Positions 60,653-64,000 of a stretch of 64,000 nt of DNA are shown here, in pieces. The notes beneath the pieces are model-generated. The model did no database searches, was not told where the DNA came from, and saw only the letters and a list, made by a program, of their open reading frames with translations. Numbering within the stretch: position 1 is the first letter of the stretch; every line of letters begins with the position of its first letter. The stretch comes from Felis catus. Lineage: Eukaryota. The DNA is taken from positions 94,490,001 to 94,554,000 of the forward strand of contig NC_058368.1 of assembly GCF_018350175.1 (NCBI RefSeq). The letters are read 5' to 3'. Position numbers and translations under genes: made by a program.

Positions 60653-61700
60653 CTGAGCGGCGGCCACTTCCGGCACCCCTCAGGCCCGTCATAATGTACT
60701 TTGTGCAGAGTTTTGTCCTCCAATACTTTGTGAGTCTGGAAAACCTCATGTTCTGTCATTCGTGTGTCTGTCACATTTGCTCCTGGGAGTCCTTCCCGTC
60801 CTTCCCATGTTGTCACGTTCGGCCCTCAGGCTCAGTGATGGCTGAGGGTTTTGCCAGTGCTGCTCCATTCCGGGGGGAGATTTCATGTTCGGCTACAAAA
60901 CCACAGAATTTACTTTAACTGCCTTGTGAAAACAAATTCACCTTAGAAGAGTCTTGCTTGTTCTGTTGTGAAAGTCAGTGGGATGTTAAATCCTTGGCCA
61001 AAAGCGCACATTCTTTTCTGAGGGAAATACGGATTTGCAATACTCTGGGGTTTATTTAGTGCAGTATTTAAAAGTGTAACGAGCAAATAACACAGCAGTG
61101 TAAGGGAACAGAAACCAGAAAAGCCAAGGAAAGCAAATTTTAAAAAGGAGAAATAGGTCATTTTATGAGCCATGTTAAGTGCCCTAAAGGCAAGCGATGT
61201 GTCTGCCCGTTTCTCTCTCCCCACAGTGCCCGTTGCCTGTGTCACGGTTTACAGGCTACCGAGCCTTTATTGGGTCACGAAAAGAGCCAGGATCGAAGGA
61301 TCCACAAAGTGCCCTTGGGATTGCTGTCGTGGAGGCCGGAATGAGAGGAAGGCTTTGCTCTGAAGCTGGAGACTGCGTACCCACCTGCGGGCCAGACGCT
61401 CATTTGGCCAAAGCCTCTGTGCAAAAATAATGCTGTCAACAGACAGTAGCAATTAGGGGCAGATCTTCAGCCCCAGGGAAGTGGCCAAATACAGAGAAAT
61501 AGAGCTAAAAGGCCAACATGCTAACCAGAGCAGAATCTTTACAGCCAAGCCCTCAGGGGACCAAGTTTGAAACGCGGTTTCATCTGGCCAAATCGAACCT
61601 GCTTGTAGTTTGGAGAACTTTAAAGGCGTTCATCAGTTACGATGTATGGAATTAGCTTAGTTTCGTTACACAGGATTAAATCGGGACCGCTAAAGCAAGG
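60653..61700 (+). other. LVRN: LVRN 3' UTR (3' end uncertain)
   Basis: Unique sequence after the stop. The first strong poly(A)-type hexamer I see is ATTAAA at 61675-61680. Confidence 0.5.
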
Positions 61701-62078
61701 CATCCTGCTCTAGACTTTGTGTGATTTGATTCTGTGTTTTCACGCTAATTGTGTTTTTGTTGAATGGGGGTAAAACCACAGATCTCTGATCTACCTCAGA
61801 GTGATGTAAACATTAAGAAATATGCCAGTTAAATGCCTTAAAGATGTTGTATAAACTCAAGGCAACGTGATCTCAAGTTTTTCCCTCTTGCTGGAGTAAG
61901 TCAATGTAGTCGCAAGTGAAGAAGCAGAACCAAAGTTTGGTTTTGTATTTGTCTCACACAAAGAGGCTCCTGAGTGAGTGGATGTGGCCATGAAAAGCAA
62001 CCAAAGCACCACCCACCCCCAGACTTGACCATGGGTCATAGGTCAGAGTCGTCTTCTCCAAATTTACACATTTAAAAC

Positions 62079-62298
62079 GGGGGCGCCTGGGTGGCTCAGT
62101 CGGTTAAGTGTCCGACTTTGCCTCGGGTCGTGATCTCACGGTTCCTGATTTTGAGCCCTGTGTTGGGCTCTGTGCTGACAGCTCAGAGCCTGGAGCCTGC
62201 TTCAGATCCGGTGTCTCCCCCTCTCTCTGCCCCTTCTCCACTCATGCTCTGTCTCTCTCTCTCTCAAAAATAAACATGAAAAAAAATTAAAAGAAAAA
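62079..62298 (+). mobile_element. CanSINE
   Basis: Head, CT tract, AATAAA tail. Confidence 0.92.
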
Positions 62299-62768
62299 GA
62301 AATTTTAAATGTAAGCAATAGAATATCACCGTGCATCCAAGTCATTATGTGTGAGATATCTCCCGGTATTTTCTAGACCATCCGTTCTCTATTTCCTATA
62401 TTTCCTCTGATGACAGTCCCACTTCCAATAACCATGTCACCTGTGTCTTTTCTTCCACGTTCCTCTTCCTCCTCTTCCTCTCCCTCCTTATCCCTCTTGG
62501 GCTCCTTTCTCCCTTTCCAGCAACCTCTGCCTGCCTTCTGCCTGGCTGTCTGCCCCTCCTGCGACCTTGGTCTTGCTACCCCGCTGTGCTCTCCATCCAA
62601 GTGTGCTGGGAGGCTCTGACACTGGTCACCAGGTGCGGGTGACACCGCCGAGGACTGCCTGATCCCACCAGAGGAGTGCCCAAGTGCCACTCCCCAACTA
62701 TCTGTTGAAAATCAAAATCCAGTTACATCTTAGCTTCTGTAGTAAATAAAAAGCACTTAAAGAGCTTA

Positions 62769-62982
62769 TGGGGCACCTGGGTGGCTCAGTCGGTTAAGTG
62801 TCCGACTTCGGCTCAGGTCATGATCTCACTCACGGTTTGTGGGTTTGAGCCCCGCATCAGGGTCTGTGCTGACAGCTCAGAGCTTGGAGCCTGCTTCAGA
62901 TTCTGTGTCTCCCTCTGTCTCTGCCCCTCCCCTCCACACACTCTGTCTCTCTCAAAAATAAATAAACACTAAAATTTTTTTT
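62769..62982 (+). mobile_element. CanSINE
   Basis: TSD aaagagcttat. Confidence 0.92.
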
Positions 62983-63589
62983 TAAAAGAGCTTATCAAAT
63001 GCCCACCTGATTGGTTAATAGTCCTTCCTCTGAATATGAAAAAGAATTCTGAGTAATATACATTTGTCTTACCTGGATGAAGACAGTTATTCCAGATAGG
63101 CATTGCATTTTATTATATTGTACTTACCCTTGCTATAAAGTGAAGTAATTATTGTGTCACTACTGAGATAGCAAGAAGTCAGGGAGGGATACTGATGTAG
63201 ATTTGTGTAAAGGGCATAAACACTCCATTCACCAATAACCCAGCTTACCTATTAGTGCCCTACCTATAAAACCACTTCTCCAAGCCATCCAGTTTACCCA
63301 GTTTGCTCTGTACTGTTCACCTTATAAAAAAAAAAAAAAGTTTATAAGATGTACAATGTGGTCGTGACTGTTTTCCATTTGGTAACTAGAAATGAAAAGT
63401 TTTCCTTACAATTTTCTGCTTCTTTCCTGATCAACCCACTAAGTGACTTCCCATCGCTGACTTTAAAGGAAAGAACAGATGCCTTGGTCTTGAGGACTGG
63501 AGATCGTCTGTAATTTAGAGCTCTGGGGTCAAGCTGCACTGCAGTTTATTCTGAGGAATGAATGAAGGAGAGAAATGAGCTTCATTTTG

Positions 63590-63799
63590 TTTTTAATTTT
63601 TTTAGTGTTTATTTATTTTTGAGAGAGAGAGACAGCGTGAGCAGGGGAGGAGCAGAGAGAGGCAGACACAGAATCTGAAGCAGGCTCCTGGCTCCGAGCT
63701 GTCAGCACAGAGCCGGATGCGTGGCTCGAATTCACAAACTGCAGGATCATGACCTGAGCCAAAGTCAGAGGCTTAACCAACTGAGCCACCCAGGCTCCC
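63590..63799 (-). mobile_element. CanSINE
   Basis: TSD ga(a/g)atgagctt. Confidence 0.9.
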
Positions 63800-64000
63800 T
63801 GAGATGAGCTTTAAAAGGGAAGCCTGCTCGATTGCTTTTCCTGTTTGCTTCAACAAATGCTATCTTTTTTCCATCCAAACTCTAGCAGGATTAACATGGC
63901 CAGAGCAAAGCCTTAATGGCTTCACAGTAAATAGAACTGCCTCCCTCATGCGGAGGAGCAGGAATCAGCATTCGAGACCATGTAAATATTGCTTTTGGCC

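Noticed and set aside
60247..60816. 189-aa antisense ORF over exon 20
   Set aside because: No recognisable domain; best explained as an antisense shadow of a GC-rich coding exon.
60631..60918. 95-aa ORF as a separate gene
   Set aside because: It starts at GTG inside exon 20 in another frame and matters only as a frameshift read-through tract.
1..64000. Many ORF-track entries resembling [18 protein letters not shown]... or RERERE/SLSLSL
   Set aside because: They are translations of CanSINE bodies and (CT)/(GA) tracts, not a gene family.
1..64000. Recurrent 200-bp repeats as a CRISPR-like or novel repeat system
   Set aside because: They are dispersed, on both strands, and have tRNA-like heads, A tails and TSDs. 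These are ordinary SINEs with no regular spacers.
61700..64000. Downstream neighbouring gene
   Set aside because: No convincing exon or CpG island seen, only SINEs and unique AT-rich DNA.

Overview
Felid (cat-family) genomic DNA, judged from about 60 carnivore tRNA-derived CanSINEs, including felid SINEC_Fc-type copies, plus L1_Carn/L1_Fc fragments. The window holds coding exons 2-20 of LVRN/Taqpep (laeverin, aminopeptidase Q; M1 zinc aminopeptidase) on the + strand. This is the Tabby coat-pattern gene. Exon 1 lies upstream, outside the window. I joined 19 exons by hand (7411..60652, 2281 nt including the stop) into one uninterrupted frame: [13 protein letters not shown]...SAMEN...HEIGHQ...WLKEG...WLRKNT*. 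Assuming a 698-nt coding exon 1 (inferred, not seen), the numbering reproduces four published felid variant residues as I recall them: E488, W841, F950 and N977. All four are non-mutant here, so there is no blotched-tabby W841X and no king-cheetah frameshift. Points worth a second look: SAMEN instead of GAMEN/HAMEN; Lys next to the third zinc ligand (the ERAP2 N392K-equivalent site); a GC-AG intron splitting the zinc motif; inverted SINEs bracketing the frame-neutral exon 17 that carries W841; a latent 3'UTR frame; a U2 pseudogene with a nested SINE; and a twin-primed inverted L1. I found no evidence of a wholly new gene system. Nearly all ORF-track entries are repeat-derived noise. Repeat boundaries and subfamily names are by eye and approximate.
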